Positions 27,466 through 41,479 of a DNA stretch of 64,000 bases are shown here, piece after piece. Positions within the stretch are counted from its first letter, which is position 1, and every line of letters begins with the position of its first letter. The notes below the pieces were generated by a model, which worked only from the letters and a program-made list of their open reading frames with translations, was not told the origin of the DNA and ran no database searches. Source of the DNA: Camelus ferus (lineage: Eukaryota); NCBI RefSeq assembly GCF_009834535.1, contig NC_045697.1, forward strand, positions 95,048,001-95,112,000, written 5' to 3'. A program made the translations under genes and the position numbers.

Positions 27466-28802
27466 AATTGTTCAAAGTATATAAAACCAGTAGAGGTTGA
27501 ATTGACCCTGAACATCTTGAGTTTTGAAAAACAATGTTGGTGTAACATAAAGCATATATATTAATGTCAACATAAGTACATTATAGAAGTAAATATATTC
27601 AATAACTTTCTACCTAGCCTTGAAGTAAAAACAGAATCATTCTATATTTTTCCATGAATATGTATTATAGTTTGCATTTTGCAACCCTTGGTGCTTGAGT
27701 TCAATAGAGAATTTAGACAGTAAGAGCTAACTTTATTTTTGAAAGTTGAAATTAGAATACTTTTATTTTACCAAAGGTGGCTTGATAATTTCTTAATGTT
27801 TTCTTAATCATTTCATTTTCTCTGGTGATTGTATGACTATAGAAATATTTCACTGTAATATGTTTTTGGCTCATGTGATCAAATAATATACTCAAAATGT
27901 TTTATTAATATATTTATTTCATAATACTTGCAAGTGAAATTAAATATATAAGCCAGAAAAAAGTAATGTTCAGTTTTTATGACTTCTAACCATTTTTTTT
28001 TAATAATTAGTATTTTGAAATCATAAGTTCTCAATGAAATTTTACTCAGAAAAATATTGTGTATTCTTCAGAAATGATCAGTAAAAAGTATATATCAAAA
28101 TAAATCATTTTGGGTCAAAAAATTGAAAAAGGAATGTATGTTATTTTAAAAAATAGGTCAAACAACTTATGTTCCTCTAAAATATATTTTGAGGCTGTTG
28201 TATCCTATGATTCCAATTTTTAAAGTGTAAAATAATATATACTATCTTGTGTGTTTGATAGACTTTATAGGAAACACAATAAAATAATGATGATGATCAT
28301 TAAAATTATAGAAATAATAATGATAATAATATAATAATGAAGTATTTGACCAGTTAGTAGTAGGTAAGTAACCTACATAGAAATAAGCATCCACATTTGT
28401 CTCTTTATAAATCAAGGCTATCTGATCTTATTAGCTCCATATGGAATAGAAGAGCCAAATATGACCTTCATGCTTTTAGGAACTATAATTCTGGAGAAAT
28501 CTGAAATTCAAATTAGTAAGAGAGCAGTAAATGGAACTTAGGAGAATATAACATTCTAAGACAACAGAAATATTTTAACCAAGTGAAAGCCAAGTTGATT
28601 TAGCTATTTGACTAAAGCTTAAATAAATAATAACTTCTAAATTGTTAAGTCCATTCTGTTTTAAAGCTGAGGTAGGACAACAGTTTCCTACCAGTTAATA
28701 TTTTCTTTTTGGTTAAAATTAATTTGTAGTGTTTAATGTGAAACCATAATGACCAGAAAGCCTGCTGAGTTTAAAAGAAAGATTATCCAAAGAAACACGA
28801 TT

Positions 28803-29306
28803 GTAATATTATTAAGCACTAAAAAGAAATGAATTATCAAGCCATGAAAGACATGGAGGAAATTGAAATGCATGTTACTAAATAAAAGAAGCCAATCTGA
28901 AAAGGTGCATATTGTATGACATTCGGGAAAAGGCAGTAAAAAAATTACTGGTTGCCAGGATTTGGGAGGGGAGAATTGAATAGATGGGGCACAGAGGATT
29001 TTTAGGGCAGTGAAGCAACTCTGAAGGATACTGTAATGGTGGACACACATCTTATACATTTGTTCAAACCCACAGAATGCACAGCACCAAGAGTGAACTC
29101 TAATGTCAATGGTAGTCTTTGGGTGATGATATATCAATGTGGGTTCACTTATTGCAACAAATGTGACATTCTGGGGCAGAATGTTGATAGTGGGGGAGGC
29201 TATGCATGTGTAGGGTCAAGAGTATATGAGAAATCTCTGTACCTTCTGCTCAATTTTGCTATGAACCTAAAATTGCTCTAAAGGATAATATCTATTTTTT
29301 AAAAAA
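28803..29306 (+). mobile_element. L1MC1-like 3' end
   Basis: 'aaatgaattatcaagccatgaaagacatggagg', 'agaagccaatctgaaaagg', 'cacagaggatttttagggcagtgaa', 'caagagtgaactctaatg' and 'tctgctcaattttgctatgaacctaaaattgctcta'. Confidence 0.9.
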
Positions 29307-29649
29307 GAGAGAGAGAGAACATGGCAGTCCTAGGAAGTAGTGTAAGACACTGATGGCTTGCTATGCTGAAAGAGGCTGACAATGATAACAAAGAACTAAA
29401 CTACAGAAGTAATAATCTAAGAAAAAGGGGAAAATCATCATCATGTTTGATTTTCCCTTTTCCGATCTTATACAATAGATATTTGTGTTTAGAAAGTACT
29501 AGGTGAAAATAGAAATTTAGAAGTATATATATGTAAAAATTAGTTTTAGCTCTGCTTTAATTATTTACATTACTGTAATATTTTTGATACTATTTTGTAC
29601 ATACTATAAATTTTGAGTCTTCTAGAGTTTACCTAGAAAGAGATTTTTA

Positions 29650-29893
29650 GTACTAGGGAGGAAAAGTAATGGACTGAGAGTCAAGAAGATAGAATTATAC
29701 TTCCAGCTCCATTATTTACAAATTTTTATAGCCTTGGCTGCTTCACTCAGTGTTTCTTACTAAGTTTTTTCATTTTTTCATAATATATGCATAATAAACC
29801 TATACTATGAATTTTACCGTATTATGAGGATCATAAATTGGTACCAAATGATGTATATGTTTGTAATTGTGTAACTATATACATGTAAGGATT
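29650..29893 (+). mobile_element. MIR (MIRc/MIR3-like)
   Basis: 'ggactgagagtcaagaag..ccagctcca..ccttgg..tcact..agttttttcat..tattatgaggatca..tatatacatgtaagg'. Confidence 0.6.
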
Positions 29894-30107
29894 TGGTTAC
29901 AATAAGTAGGTTTTGAAAGTAGCTTCATTGCTATGGTGGTTTAATTACATAAGTATATCTGGACATTTACTACAATCTTCTTCCTCCACATAGGACTGGA
30001 CTTGGTGTACATTTAGCAAAGGTCAATATTATAGTCCATCTGCTTAATGATCAGTAGTTTTAATCAGAAACAAAACATATCCATTCCAGATTTATACTCC
30101 AGAATCC

Positions 30108-30175
30108 ATTCATTCTTTAATGAATATTAATTGAGTGTCAATTATATACAAAATAACACGTTAATCATTGGGGTT
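30108..30175 (-). mobile_element. L2 3' end fragment
   Basis: 'cattcattctttaatgaatattaattgagtgtcaattatat'. Confidence 0.5.
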
Positions 30176-30189
30176 ACTTCAGAAGACAG

Positions 30190-30540
30190 TGTTAATATCT
30201 CATCCCAATAACCATATTTAAGAATATGTGTTCCTGGAAATCTATTTTGCAAAAATCACAATTTTTTTCCTCAATATAATTTGTATTTCTCTGTTTATTT
30301 GTGAAGCTGAGTATCTTTTTGTGCTTTATCATTTTTGATTGTCTTCTTGTGTACACTTCATATTAGTAATATTTTCCAAATTTCTGTAGGATCATTTGTC
30401 TTTTGATTTTTTAGGAGTCCTTTGTTGTTTGAGGTTATGTACCTTTATTTTATATACTCAAAGTTTTTTGCTATCCACGTACTTGTTTATTGATTGTGAG
30501 TTTTATGTGGATGATGAAAATCTACATCTGAATCTACAAG
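30190..30540 (-). mobile_element. Old L1ME fragment
   Basis: 'atttgtatttctctgtttatttgtgaagctgagtatcttttt..tttgtcttttga..ggagtcctttg'. Confidence 0.55.
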
Positions 30541-31057
30541 ATTCATTCACTAGTTAATTGATTCTAGTTAATATAGAAGAAAGAGTTTCTGTATGGAGAA
30601 ACAGGAGATTGAAAAGGGGACAAAATAAATAACTGGAAAAGAAAGTTTGCTATTTTCTCTACTCTTTCCTGTAATTTCCATGTTGATAAAACCATTAGAA
30701 AAGAATATTTATAAAGTGAGATTTGAGGGATGCACCCTTGAGAATTTTCCTTTAATTTAGGGGCTGATTCTAGAAACAAGGGATAGAAATATGTTCTTTT
30801 CTAGATTTTTAAAAACTGAGCTGAGATGTAAAACTAGGACCACCTAAGTCCATACCAAAAGATCTCAATAGTATGCAAGGCAGTTTCCTTCAGTTACATC
30901 ATAGTTTTACTCTAATTGTGAGCTAAGTCACAGAAATTATTGGAAATATCAAGTATGGGAGAAATGGTAATGACAAGTATTACATTGCATGTTTGCTGAA
31001 TTATGTGTTTATGTCTAGTTTTTGTTTTTGTTTTTGTTTGTTTGATTGATTGATTTC

Positions 31058-31731
31058 TGTTAGGTAGTGACGAATTAACCTTACCTTACGGTAGATCTGG
31101 CCTTTTCCCTCAAGCTGATCTCTAGGCCATTGGACATTCCTTCCCAGTAGGTTAGCCTTTATTTGCCTGGGGGCTTTGGCCAACAGACAGTTCAACAGTG
31201 TGTTTCATGACTGGGGCTTTGGGCCACATAGTATTAGTTTTGACTCCAGAAGAGATTAGAAAATAATAGTTTTAACCCAGTCTCCAGAGGGACTGAAGGC
31301 TAAGGGTCAGTCACAAGGGTAGTATGTGATTGAGCCCAGTAAAAACTTTGTACACTAGAGTGGAACACTTCCCTGGTTACCAAGACTCCATGTGTATTGT
31401 CTGGCATTGATACTGGGATTTTAATGCATTCATAACTACATGAGTTGGGAAGCTTGTATTTGGTACATTTGCTTGACTGTGCCCTATGCACTTCTTCCCT
31501 TGGCTGATTTTAGTCTGTATCTTTTCCTTGTATGTAATAAGCTGTAAACATAAGTATATTAGCTTTAAGTGAGTTCTATGAGTCTTTCTAGTGAATTCTC
31601 AAACCCAAAGGTAGCTTTGTAAACCCTGCCCCTCAAACTTGCAATTGGTATCAGAAATGAGGAAGTTTTGTGTGTACTGTTTGCTGCAAACTGAAGTTGC
31701 CCTAAAACTTTGTAGTTGGCCATAACTTACA
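31058..31731 (+). mobile_element. MER77/MER68-like ERVL solo LTR
   Basis: TG...CA termini. Contains 'ttaaccttacc..gatctggccttt', 'tgcctgggggctttgg', 'gccctatgcacttcttcccttggctgattttagtctgtatc', 'gtgagttctatgagtctttctag' and 'aacttgcaattggtatcagaa'. Confidence 0.82.
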
Positions 31732-34700
31732 TATTTTTGTATGTCTTTCTAATATGTTATATTGTCAAAAAGATGCTTGGAAGTTAAACACAACAGCAAA
31801 TAAATAAATAATATTTGAAAGTGCCCTTTAAACATCCTATTCAAAAATTTTGTCAAATGTGTATTCCATCTTTAGCTCTGTAGCCAGGGCTGAGTCAGAA
31901 CAAAAGTGAAATTGCAAAAAACGAAACAAAAAAAAACCCCAACAACAACTATTGTACCTGGCAGGAAAACTGGGAAGTGCACATCTGTTCCTGAGAATTA
32001 ATATTCCCTTATCACAGAAGAGAACCACCTTAGGTAATTTGTTATAGCTGCCATAAAATAAAATATCAAAGTAAAACAGAAGTCTAAGGTATATTCAAGT
32101 GGCTGTGGGCCTCCAAAACACTGAAGAATGTAGTCACTTAAATGTATGAAAAATAAGGATAAACATTTTTGATCAAAAGTCAAGTGGCACTACTATTGTC
32201 AGGGCTTGGAATAATATAAATTCTTATAAATCAAAACATAAGCAATGGTATTTATTAAATATATCCATTTTTTCATTATTTAATTCATCAGAAGGAAATT
32301 TTATACTATTTTACATTACAGTATCTTCAACATTTATATTAAATATCATAAATTTATGTTTCATGATACTAGAGAAAAGATGCACATACTTCACTAATTG
32401 TTAGACATCACTGAGATTATGATGGAATTAAACTCACAAAAGAGCTTTATATCTCAAACTGATATTCTAGGTTGAAATGAAAACAACGCTGCTCCTTTTT
32501 TTCTAGGACAGATGAGCTAGGAGAGTTCTGAATAAAAACAATGCCAAGTTATGTATTATAAAATAAAATATGTAAGAGATGAATTTCATAAACATTGCCT
32601 CTATAATTAGGAGATGACTGTGTTGTTAACTTGTACATTGGATGACTATTTAATATGATCAAATAAATTCCTAACAGTTTTCCTGATCTCTCACCAGGTC
32701 ATTCTCAAAACAGTTTAGTTTAAAATAAATAGCCAGCATCTGTAGTCACTGTAAAAATAACCAGTACTCTTTTCAAATACATTTCAGAACTGTATTTTGG
32801 TTTGTTATGCTAGTGGTATTTTCACATGGGATCAAGGCTGAGAGAGAAAAACTCATTGAATAGGATCTGAGCAGTCCGGAAAGTTTAAATTGCTAATTTG
32901 TGTATGTATATGTTTTCTTTCCTTTAGAAAGAAATATTCATTTTTGGAAATAATAATAGTAAGAACATAATGATGGTAACATTCAGATATTATGTTAAAA
33001 TAATTTTCATTAACTTTAATTTATTGCAATGTAATACCAGGTGACTGAGAATATATATGGAAAAAAGCAACATTTGATAGTTGATAGTTATAATTTCAGG
33101 TTAATTATTTTAAATGTTTAATTGCCATCAGATCTGATTTCTTTCCACATAGTAGCAGCTCTTCTTTTTAATTATTAAGTATCAGCATTTTAACACTGTA
33201 AAAGTATGAAATACTAAAAATATAATTAAATTATATGGGGGGTTGTGTATTAAATTTAAAAATTGTACTGTATCATAGTTTTCTTTAGTTTAAAAATAAA
33301 TATTTAAGGCATTAGTATCTTCTCTCACATCATATTTATTAATTTTATTTTAATGTATTTTTAACATATAGTGTATGTGATTTATAAATTTTAAAATAGA
33401 GGAGAACAAGCATCAAGGAAAATAAAATTATCCCCAGAACTAATAATTGGAGTGTGATTTAAATTTTTTCCCGATGATTTTGTAACTCAGTCTTACTGAT
33501 CTCTACCTCTCTCTCTATTCGAGACATAAGCTAGTATTTAGAAGTTTAATATTATGTTTTTAATTGTAGATTACACAAATTAAAATACACTATTCAGAAT
33601 GCCTTATTAAGTTATTGAAGTGTATTTCATATCATCACATGTACTTCTATGGAATAGTTATTCAACCTGCTTAATGTTCCTCAGTGTGAATCAGATACAG
33701 TTCAATGCAGTTTTTACAATTCTCTGTTGCATATCATTTCTGTTGGATCTTTTAAAAAGAACTTCACTGAAGAGCTCTGTAAGAATAGTTTCAGTAGCAA
33801 TACAGGAGGCAGATGGCAGAGAATGGAATGATCAGAGAGCCAGTGAATGTCCCTGATTGTGTGATTGCTTGACAAGGTTGAGAAAATGTAATATTTTAGT
33901 GGAAACTCTTTTAAAATGATTATTATCTCCCTTATCCTACAATTGGCCTAAAATCTATGCTCAGAAATGTAACTGAGTTTACCTGTATTTTGTGTGATCC
34001 ATCTTTTGAATATTTTGCAGATATAATATGAAAGACTTAAAGGTTTTAAATTATTTGTAAGTCTCTTTATTGTATAGAATAAAGTATGTATATCATATTT
34101 AAAAAGCATCAGTTTACGTGATAAATTTATAGTCACAATGAGTTATAGATGACATGTCTAGATTAATATTTATGTACCAGCATATGCAAATTTCCTAATT
34201 GCTTTAATTTTAAAGTTATATAATCAAAGTTAGTTCATGGAACATGTCTATTGTCAGCACCACTTGGGCCAAAGGTGTTGTTGATGGACAGAACAGTTCA
34301 CATGAAATCAACAAGTACGCATCATCATTATTTAGTGTCATTTTCAACTAAGTGATTACATTAAAATAGGAAAAGTTATATAAAATAAATAAAAATGTAG
34401 ACACTGTCATAGTAAGAAACATCACTGAATTCATTTCCAGAGTCCTAGATTATATTTTTATTTTTGCCACTGATGCTTTGCAATGTATAATATAAATTTT
34501 GGGGGAGTTTTTATTTTTCATTACATAAAAAGTTTAAAATTAAGTATTACTTTAACAATTTTTTTTAAAAAGGAAATTGTATTTTTAAACTTAGATCTCA
34601 TTTGTTAGAAGATATATTCTGGAATTAAAACCAATTCAAATCAGAGAAGAGTTAACATTGCCCATAGGAATGGAAATCAACCAGGGAAGTTGACTCACTA

Positions 34701-37700
34701 ATTATTATGCAGACTTGAATGAATCAGTATCCAAAAGGATTACTGGCCAAAAGCCTGCCCTGGGGTTGAAACAGGTGTTGTTTCATCAGGATTCAGTATG
34801 GCTGCTATTTCAAGGAGGAATTCAAAAAGACAACCCTGGGAAAGAAAATCCCATCTATATGACATGAAAAGCATGACTCCTAAACTAGACTGTATGCTTT
34901 CTTCCTCTCAGTCATTTCCTAGACTTCTTTCTGTCTCAAATAGATCCCTTACCAATTCCAAAGCAGCTGGCATAATTCTTCTGAAAATGGCAATGGCAAT
35001 CTCGCAGCAAATCTCAGGCACACAGGTGTTCAAAGGAATCCGAGATGTAGCTAGACAGAAGCCAAACTTCAGGTAAAATCACCCATAAAGGTTATAACTA
35101 TGAGGCCAAAAATTGCCTACTAATCTTCCTTCCAAAGGTTTGTGGCTCACGGCTACACTTAAGAACCTTCCTTCTTAAAATGAGTCACCATTAAGTTCCT
35201 CTGCAACTGTTTGGGAGATTGTTTTGGTTGGAATTAGAGGGGTATAATGACTGCATTGCTCATTGCCTCTCTGTATAACACCTGCAAGTTCTTTAGTCCT
35301 TATTATCTCTCAAACAGTTTCAATGACTCTGAATACCATGCTTAGTGAGTAGGAGTAAGGAAAGCTGTCTATTGTTCATGATGTTAATTATTACAAGTTG
35401 TCACTCAATCTTGACAGCAGATTTTTTTCCTTGCTCATTTCTGTGGGCAAGAAGCTACAGAAACTCTGCTTTGAAAAATGAAAAGAAGAAACTTGTGGTC
35501 TTGAGGACCACTTCCTTATCTGCTCTAGTGATGTAACATGTCCAGGAAAGCTAATTTTTTTGTTGTTGTTTACAGTTTAAGTAACCACATAAACTAGCCC
35601 GTAACTTGGCCTTTTAGCTCATGAATTAGGACAAACATGAACCACATTTTAAAGAAATCAGTTTACATGAAGGTTGACAAAAAGTTAAATCAAAAGGGGT
35701 CTGTTTCCCAAACTATGGAGTAACAAACCTGGGAATTCTCCTGTCCGTAACTTTGTTCCCCCTGGAATCCTAATTTTTCTTGATGCTTGTAAATAATTCT
35801 GACCAAATGGAAATTGTGTTCATCTTTTCTGTGCTTTTCATTTCCAATTCTACTATCTTTGGTCATCCTGTTTTTAAATATCTAATCATAGAGGTTATCA
35901 TTCCTAACAGTGTCCCTGATTCTGAACTGTTCAAGTTTTGCCTAATCTCAGGCAAAGTGACAACACACTTTTGCAGCAGATATTTTATATCACAGATGAG
36001 AATTTGAGGTAACTAGTTTTAGATGTACCCTAATTTGTAGAAGTAACTGACCTATGTAGCAACTCATGGACTAAGATGGTGATGTGCTTCTTGTAGAAAA
36101 CATCCATCTAGGGACGGATCCAGGTATGTGAAATAGCAAAGCCCATGAGTGATCTTATCTCTCAGACTGTTCACTTCAATGATGCTTTTGGAGGATGTAG
36201 ATATTAGCCAAGAATAGCAGGCAGCAATGGCAGAATTTGAGACTACCTTTATACTGATTACACCCAGGTATCAAATGTGTCTTGTATTTTCCCTTTAATT
36301 TGTAAAATACATTCCCTTTCATCAAAGAAACTAGCATTGTTTCCCTCATATAGCAAGAATAATGCTGGGGCTAAAAATCCTAAATCAATTTTCCTGATAA
36401 AAAGATGGGAGCTGGTCTCATTCCAGAGTACACAAGAAGAGTCTAATACACTAAAACTCTGTTTTTTTTTTTTTTTTTCAAAAAAGAAGGTACCAGCAAA
36501 TTTTCACTAATTTATTACAGTAGTTTGCAGTAGTTAAGTGCTTCCAGAGTCTTCACGTGCTTTTTAGCTAGTCTTTGACCTTTAGAATAGCTTAGTCAGG
36601 TTTAGCCTTAAAGCAATTAATCTCAGCACTCCTGTCACCGGGTAGTTGATACGAGCAATTGGGGACTGCCTCCCATGCTGCTAGGTAGATCACCAGCCCA
36701 AATGAAGGTAGGCATTGATACATAAATTAAAGACTTTTATGACTCCTAAACTATATTGTGACTTTTTACTGAAATCTTGGATGGAAAATTATAAGGCAAA
36801 TTTGTTCCTGTATTTATAACTTTCATAAGATATTCCACTGAAATTAGATTTCTGGGCTAATTATACATGAAAAATATTCTTAAATGTTTGCATGCCAGTC
36901 ATGCATTTATACATACCCCTGCTGTTTTAAAAATAAAACTAAGTTCAGTTACTTTCAAATCAGAGAATACTTGAGATTGAAAAAATACAGCAACAACTTA
37001 AGGGCTGGCAAACAGTCTAGAAAACTGAGATATGAACTAGTGTATGATTTTAGATTTGGTGTGAAATATTATACTTTGTGAAGTAATGGTATATATGAAA
37101 ACCTTACTAAAGGAGAATTAATCCATAACAGCTCTATTCCCACCTCCTTCCTTTCTTTTGCTCTTTAACAAATGTTTGCAGTGTCCACTATTACAGGTAG
37201 ATGCAACTGTTCAAGTATGCTATATGCATTGTAAATATAAATTAATTATTTTTAACTAAGTTTAAGAGGAAATTTTCCATAAACGTGGACTTTGAGTTAG
37301 TCTAAAAGGCTGTAAAAAAAAAAAAAAAAAACCACTTGTTTTTTTTAGACATTGTTACCCAGATAGGGGTGTTTTAGGAAAACTCTCTAAGCATATTTGT
37401 ATTTAATTAAAAACACGTAATGTTTCCATTAAGTACATACAGAAAATAATTTATGCTGTTTTGAAGAAGGCTATGTACGATTTTTTCTACATGTTTTTCT
37501 CAGCAAAAAGGAGTTGATATGCACCTTGGCCTGAAACTGCCTTCATAATGATAATATAAATGATGTGTTCTGAATCATAATCAAGTACAGTCAGGCTTTA
37601 TTCAGTAACCCAAACAACTAATTATATGCCATGCTAGATGAATCAGTATAAATATAACAGAAGCTAGAAACAGCTGGGCGGATGTCTAGGGATTTTGAAG

Positions 37701-38874
37701 CTTTCCTTTTTTTTCGAATCAAGTCAGCATACCATGGACAGCTTTTTTCAAAGGATTTGAGAATCTTGGAAAAGTCTCTTTATGAGATACTGTAAATATA
37801 ACAGATTACTTTTTTAATATAGCAATATAAATTTATGACATAGAAATTAAGAAAATAAAGAAAATTCTTAAAAATTAATAAAATCAGCAGCATACAGACA
37901 GCTACTGTAAGCATTATGTGTCTCACTCTGGGTTACTTCTATCCCATGGTATAAACTTTATTGTTTTATTTGTCACCAATTACATAACTGTTTCTTTCCT
38001 TGATTATCTCTTTAGTTGCTTGACCATTGTCCCTACCAGAATCTGGCTTATAATTTATTAACCCTGTGTCCAGAATCTTTAACTATCATTTTGGCATATG
38101 TATGTTTTAAATTAATAAACATTTAAGTGGACATTCCTTTTTAATTGTGAGGAGAGTAAAATTAGCACTTTAATTATTCCCCCTTCCTGAAACACACTTA
38201 TTCCTTGGATTAAATTAATTTCTTTAAATTTTAGATTTTCATTTCCTGATTCTATTCTATAGGTCTAGAATGGAAAAATAAAATAACTGTGAGTACTGTG
38301 AGTTGATGAGTGGACTGAGCATGGATATAGGAAATGCAAGCTGGGTTTAAAATGAGGACACAATAGGCAAGGGAGAAATTGTGTCAAAATGTAAAATACA
38401 TGCTTCACCCAAAGAGTCACAAAGTGCTTTCCATTTAGTTTCGAAAAGGAATGCAAGCTCAGTGATGCCTGATCTATTTTTTACAGCGAAACAGAAGAGC
38501 AGATTTTAGGGGAATGCTCTCAAAAACTATCGTCAGTTAAGTTAGTTTTAAAAACACATTTTGTGGGACAACACTTCTCAGTTTAAAGGTAAAACAGTAA
38601 GAAGAGCAGATATAATCCATAGTTCAAGAATTTACAATTTTTGGTGTATGCCATGTCATCTTTATCCATGTTCTTAATGAGGAATCATTTTGCATCATTT
38701 ACAAATTTATATTTTCAATTGATAATTTAAAACTCAAGGGTAAATTTATCACCCAGTTGAGATTCCATTTGTTAGTTACTGTGGCACCATCACCTCTACC
38801 TGACCAGATTACTTAACTTGTTTTGCTGTTGCTAGGGGTATGGATTCTACTTACTACCTACCTTGTCTGAAATA

Positions 38875-39091
38875 CAGTTGACCCTTGAACACTGCGGGGC
38901 TTGGGGCGCTGACCATCCACATAGTCCAAAATCTGTGTATAACTTATAGTCAGCTCTCCATATCTGCAGTTTTGCATCCTCAGTTTCAAATAACCCTGGA
39001 TCATGTTGTACTTGTAGTATTTACTATTGAAAAATATCTGTATGTAAGTGGACCCTTGCAGTTCACACCAATGTTGTTGAAGGATCAACTG
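38875..39091 (+). mobile_element. MER8 (Tigger2-derived MITE)
   Basis: TIRs cagttgacccttgaaca / cagttgatccttcaaca (15/17). Left TA at 38873-38874, right TA mutated to CA. Internal 'gtagtatttactattgaaaaa..gtaagtggaccc..gcagttca'. Confidence 0.93.
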
Positions 39092-39339
39092 CACTGGCAA
39101 ATCATCTACTGCATCTACTACCTTCCACAAGTTTTGCAACCTAATTCAGTTTTCACATATGTGGATGGAAATCATAACTGTGCCCTTGAGTTGTTATAAT
39201 GATAAAAATAAAATTGTATATATGTATGTGTGTATATGTGTGTGTGTGTGTGTATAAAAGCAGCAGTCTCTCATGCATACAGTCTGAAGAATTTAATTAT
39301 AGCCCTCCTCCTCTTCCTTCCCCCTCCATCTTTTCTTCC

Positions 39340-39660
39340 TCTACATCCTCCTTTTTTTCTCCTTTTCATTAAAACAAATCTCAATCCAGCTAATCAAGCT
39401 AGGAATATGGGTAGGGAATGTCATCCTTTTTTATTTACTCTCCTCACATCTAAAATATCTCCAGATGTATTTGTGTCTACCTCCTGAACACAGTCTGCTT
39501 CATTACCTGTATGTGCTCTTGCATAGTAATTCTCAGTGCTGTTGTCACACTGAACTTTTAAAGTACAGATAAAATCAGGTCATCCCTTCGTGAACAGTTT
39601 AAATTTCATCCCAACGTTTAAAATAAAGTCCAAAATCTTTGCTTATTTTTAAAGACCACA
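39340..39660 (+). mobile_element. L2 fragment
   Basis: 'tcaagctaggaa..gtcatcc..tctacctcc..aaatcaggtcat..aataaagtccaaaatct'. Confidence 0.6.
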
Positions 39661-39869
39661 CTGGATAACACAAGCAGTGTTGTCACTTAATTGGAAAAAC
39701 TGATCTTGGCTACTTTAATCGATTTTCAACAGCTGTACTGATGGGCCATGTTCTAGTCATGCCAGTCTAAGCACCACGCATGTGAATGAAGAGGCCCCAG
39801 GAGATGTGATGTGGAGAAGAGTGAGGAGTGAATGTTTGCAAATGTTAAAAGGAGCCATGCTGCTCACAT

Positions 39870-40092
39870 TTAAAGACCTCCTTACAACCTGGCAAGAAGA
39901 AGACAAAATCCTAATGTAAAATGACAAAGAGCATGAACAACTCCTGTTAGAGAAAGCCTGTATAAGCTAATAATCATATGAAATTTTGCTCAGGTTTACC
40001 AATTGTGTGGAAATTTTAAGGTAAACCAAAATTATATAATCTATGTCTTTCTTGTTAAACTGGCAAGTGGGTGCTCACATTCTGAAATGCTG

Positions 40093-40135
<43 letters not shown>

Positions 40136-40620
40136 GATGTAGTACATTTTAGGACACTGATTGAACAATGTCTATCCTGGGAAAAATATCTTAAATTTAA
40201 AACCAGACAAAACACAACCATCATGTTTAATGAAAAGATTTGGTAGTGGGAAACAATCTAGAAACAACCAGAATAATAATCAATGGCAAAATGTTTAATA
40301 TAATGAAGAATGAGGCATTTTATATTGTAGATACAGATACGTTAAAAATTGCTAAAATCTATTTACTTAGATGAATATTAAGCTCCTAAATAAACAAATC
40401 AAACTCAGCTACATATGTTAGTATGTTCTCATTTTTTCTGTAATAGACAAACAAGAAAACTGCCTATATATTGTGTGTATATATGCTGTATAGGGACATA
40501 GATACACAGGATACTTAGGAATCTCTGAACACAGAGAAAGCAGTAAAAGGACATATAGTAGGGTATTATCAATGCCTTGCCTAAAAATGGAGAGGGGAGA
40601 TTATTAATTTCTTTATACAT
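39870..40620 (+). mobile_element. Old L1ME/MC 3' end
   Basis: 'aaatgacaaagagcatgaaca', 'taatcatatgaaattttgctca' and 'ggaaacaatctagaa'. Confidence 0.55.
40096..40133. repeat. (TG)19 microsatellite
   Basis: Read directly from the sequence. Confidence 0.97.
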
Positions 40621-40644
40621 GTTTGACTGGTTTATGCAAAACAT

Positions 40645-41068
40645 TGTACTTAGAATATTCTTGTAAGCATCGCCTGGGACAAGGACTTGGATGCAGATAG
40701 TTTATTTGGGGAGTGTTTCCCAGAAGCAAAAGTAAGCCAATGGGGAAAGTGATACCAGAGGGAAAATGATGCCATGAAATATGCATTAGTGAAATCCTTC
40801 CTCTAGGCAGCAAGTCTTGACTCCTCTGGGACCTCTGAGAAGCATGAAGAGTATTTCCCAGAACTGTCCATCTAAAGACAGGTAACCAGGATAGTTATCT
40901 GCTGGCTCACTCTCCACGGCTAGGACCCATGAACTTCCTTGTCTTCTGAATTCTTAGAAAGCCCAGAGGTAGAAACATGAGTGGTATGAGATATACTCTG
41001 GTTAGGGTGCATGTAGTCATAGATGGAAAAAACAGAAGTGATGTTGGACTCAAAAACCATCTACTACA
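40645..41068 (-). mobile_element. LTR16-like ERVL solo LTR
   Basis: TG start; 'cctgggacaaggacttggatgcagatagtttatttgggg..cccagaa..ggggaaagtga'; end 'catctactaca'. The sequence 'acatt' occurs at both ends, overlapping the termini. Confidence 0.75.
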
Positions 41069-41109
41069 CATTACCATTAGTGCAGAGAGCTTTACCAAAT
41101 TTAAACCAT

Positions 41110-41475
41110 TTTAGATGAAAATGAATGAAAACTTACAGAAAAGTTATAAAAATAAAGTACAAAGAGCACCCATATAACTCTTTTCCTATTTTTCCCAGAT
41201 TTAGTAATAGTGGTTATCATTTACCTCATTTGCTTTCAAGCTCTTTCTCTTGAGAGAGAGAGATTTTTTAAAGAATCATTTATATATCATGCCTTTCAAC
41301 TCAAAAAATTTCAGTATATATTTCATAAGAATTTATGGATATTTTCTTATATAACTTTATTACAGTTATCAACTTCAGTAAATTTAGAATAGATGCAGCA
41401 ATCCAATCTACAATCTATATCACTGTGTTGGCAATTACTCTAACAGTGCCCTCTATAGAATTTTTGTTCCTCCAT
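41110..41475 (-). mobile_element. L1MC4/5-like 3' end
   Basis: 'aacttacagaaaagttataaaaataaagtacaaagagcacccatata..ttcagtatatatttc..ggatattttcttatataac..acagttatcaac'. Confidence 0.75.
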
Positions 41476-41479
41476 TCCT

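Noticed and set aside
28733..29281. Overlapping 134-aa and 81-aa ORFs
   Set aside because: Lie mostly within the L1MC1 3' end; chance open frames.
37300..37350. A-run/T-run inverted repeat resembling a terminator hairpin
   Set aside because: Low-complexity homopolymers; expected by chance in AT-rich DNA.
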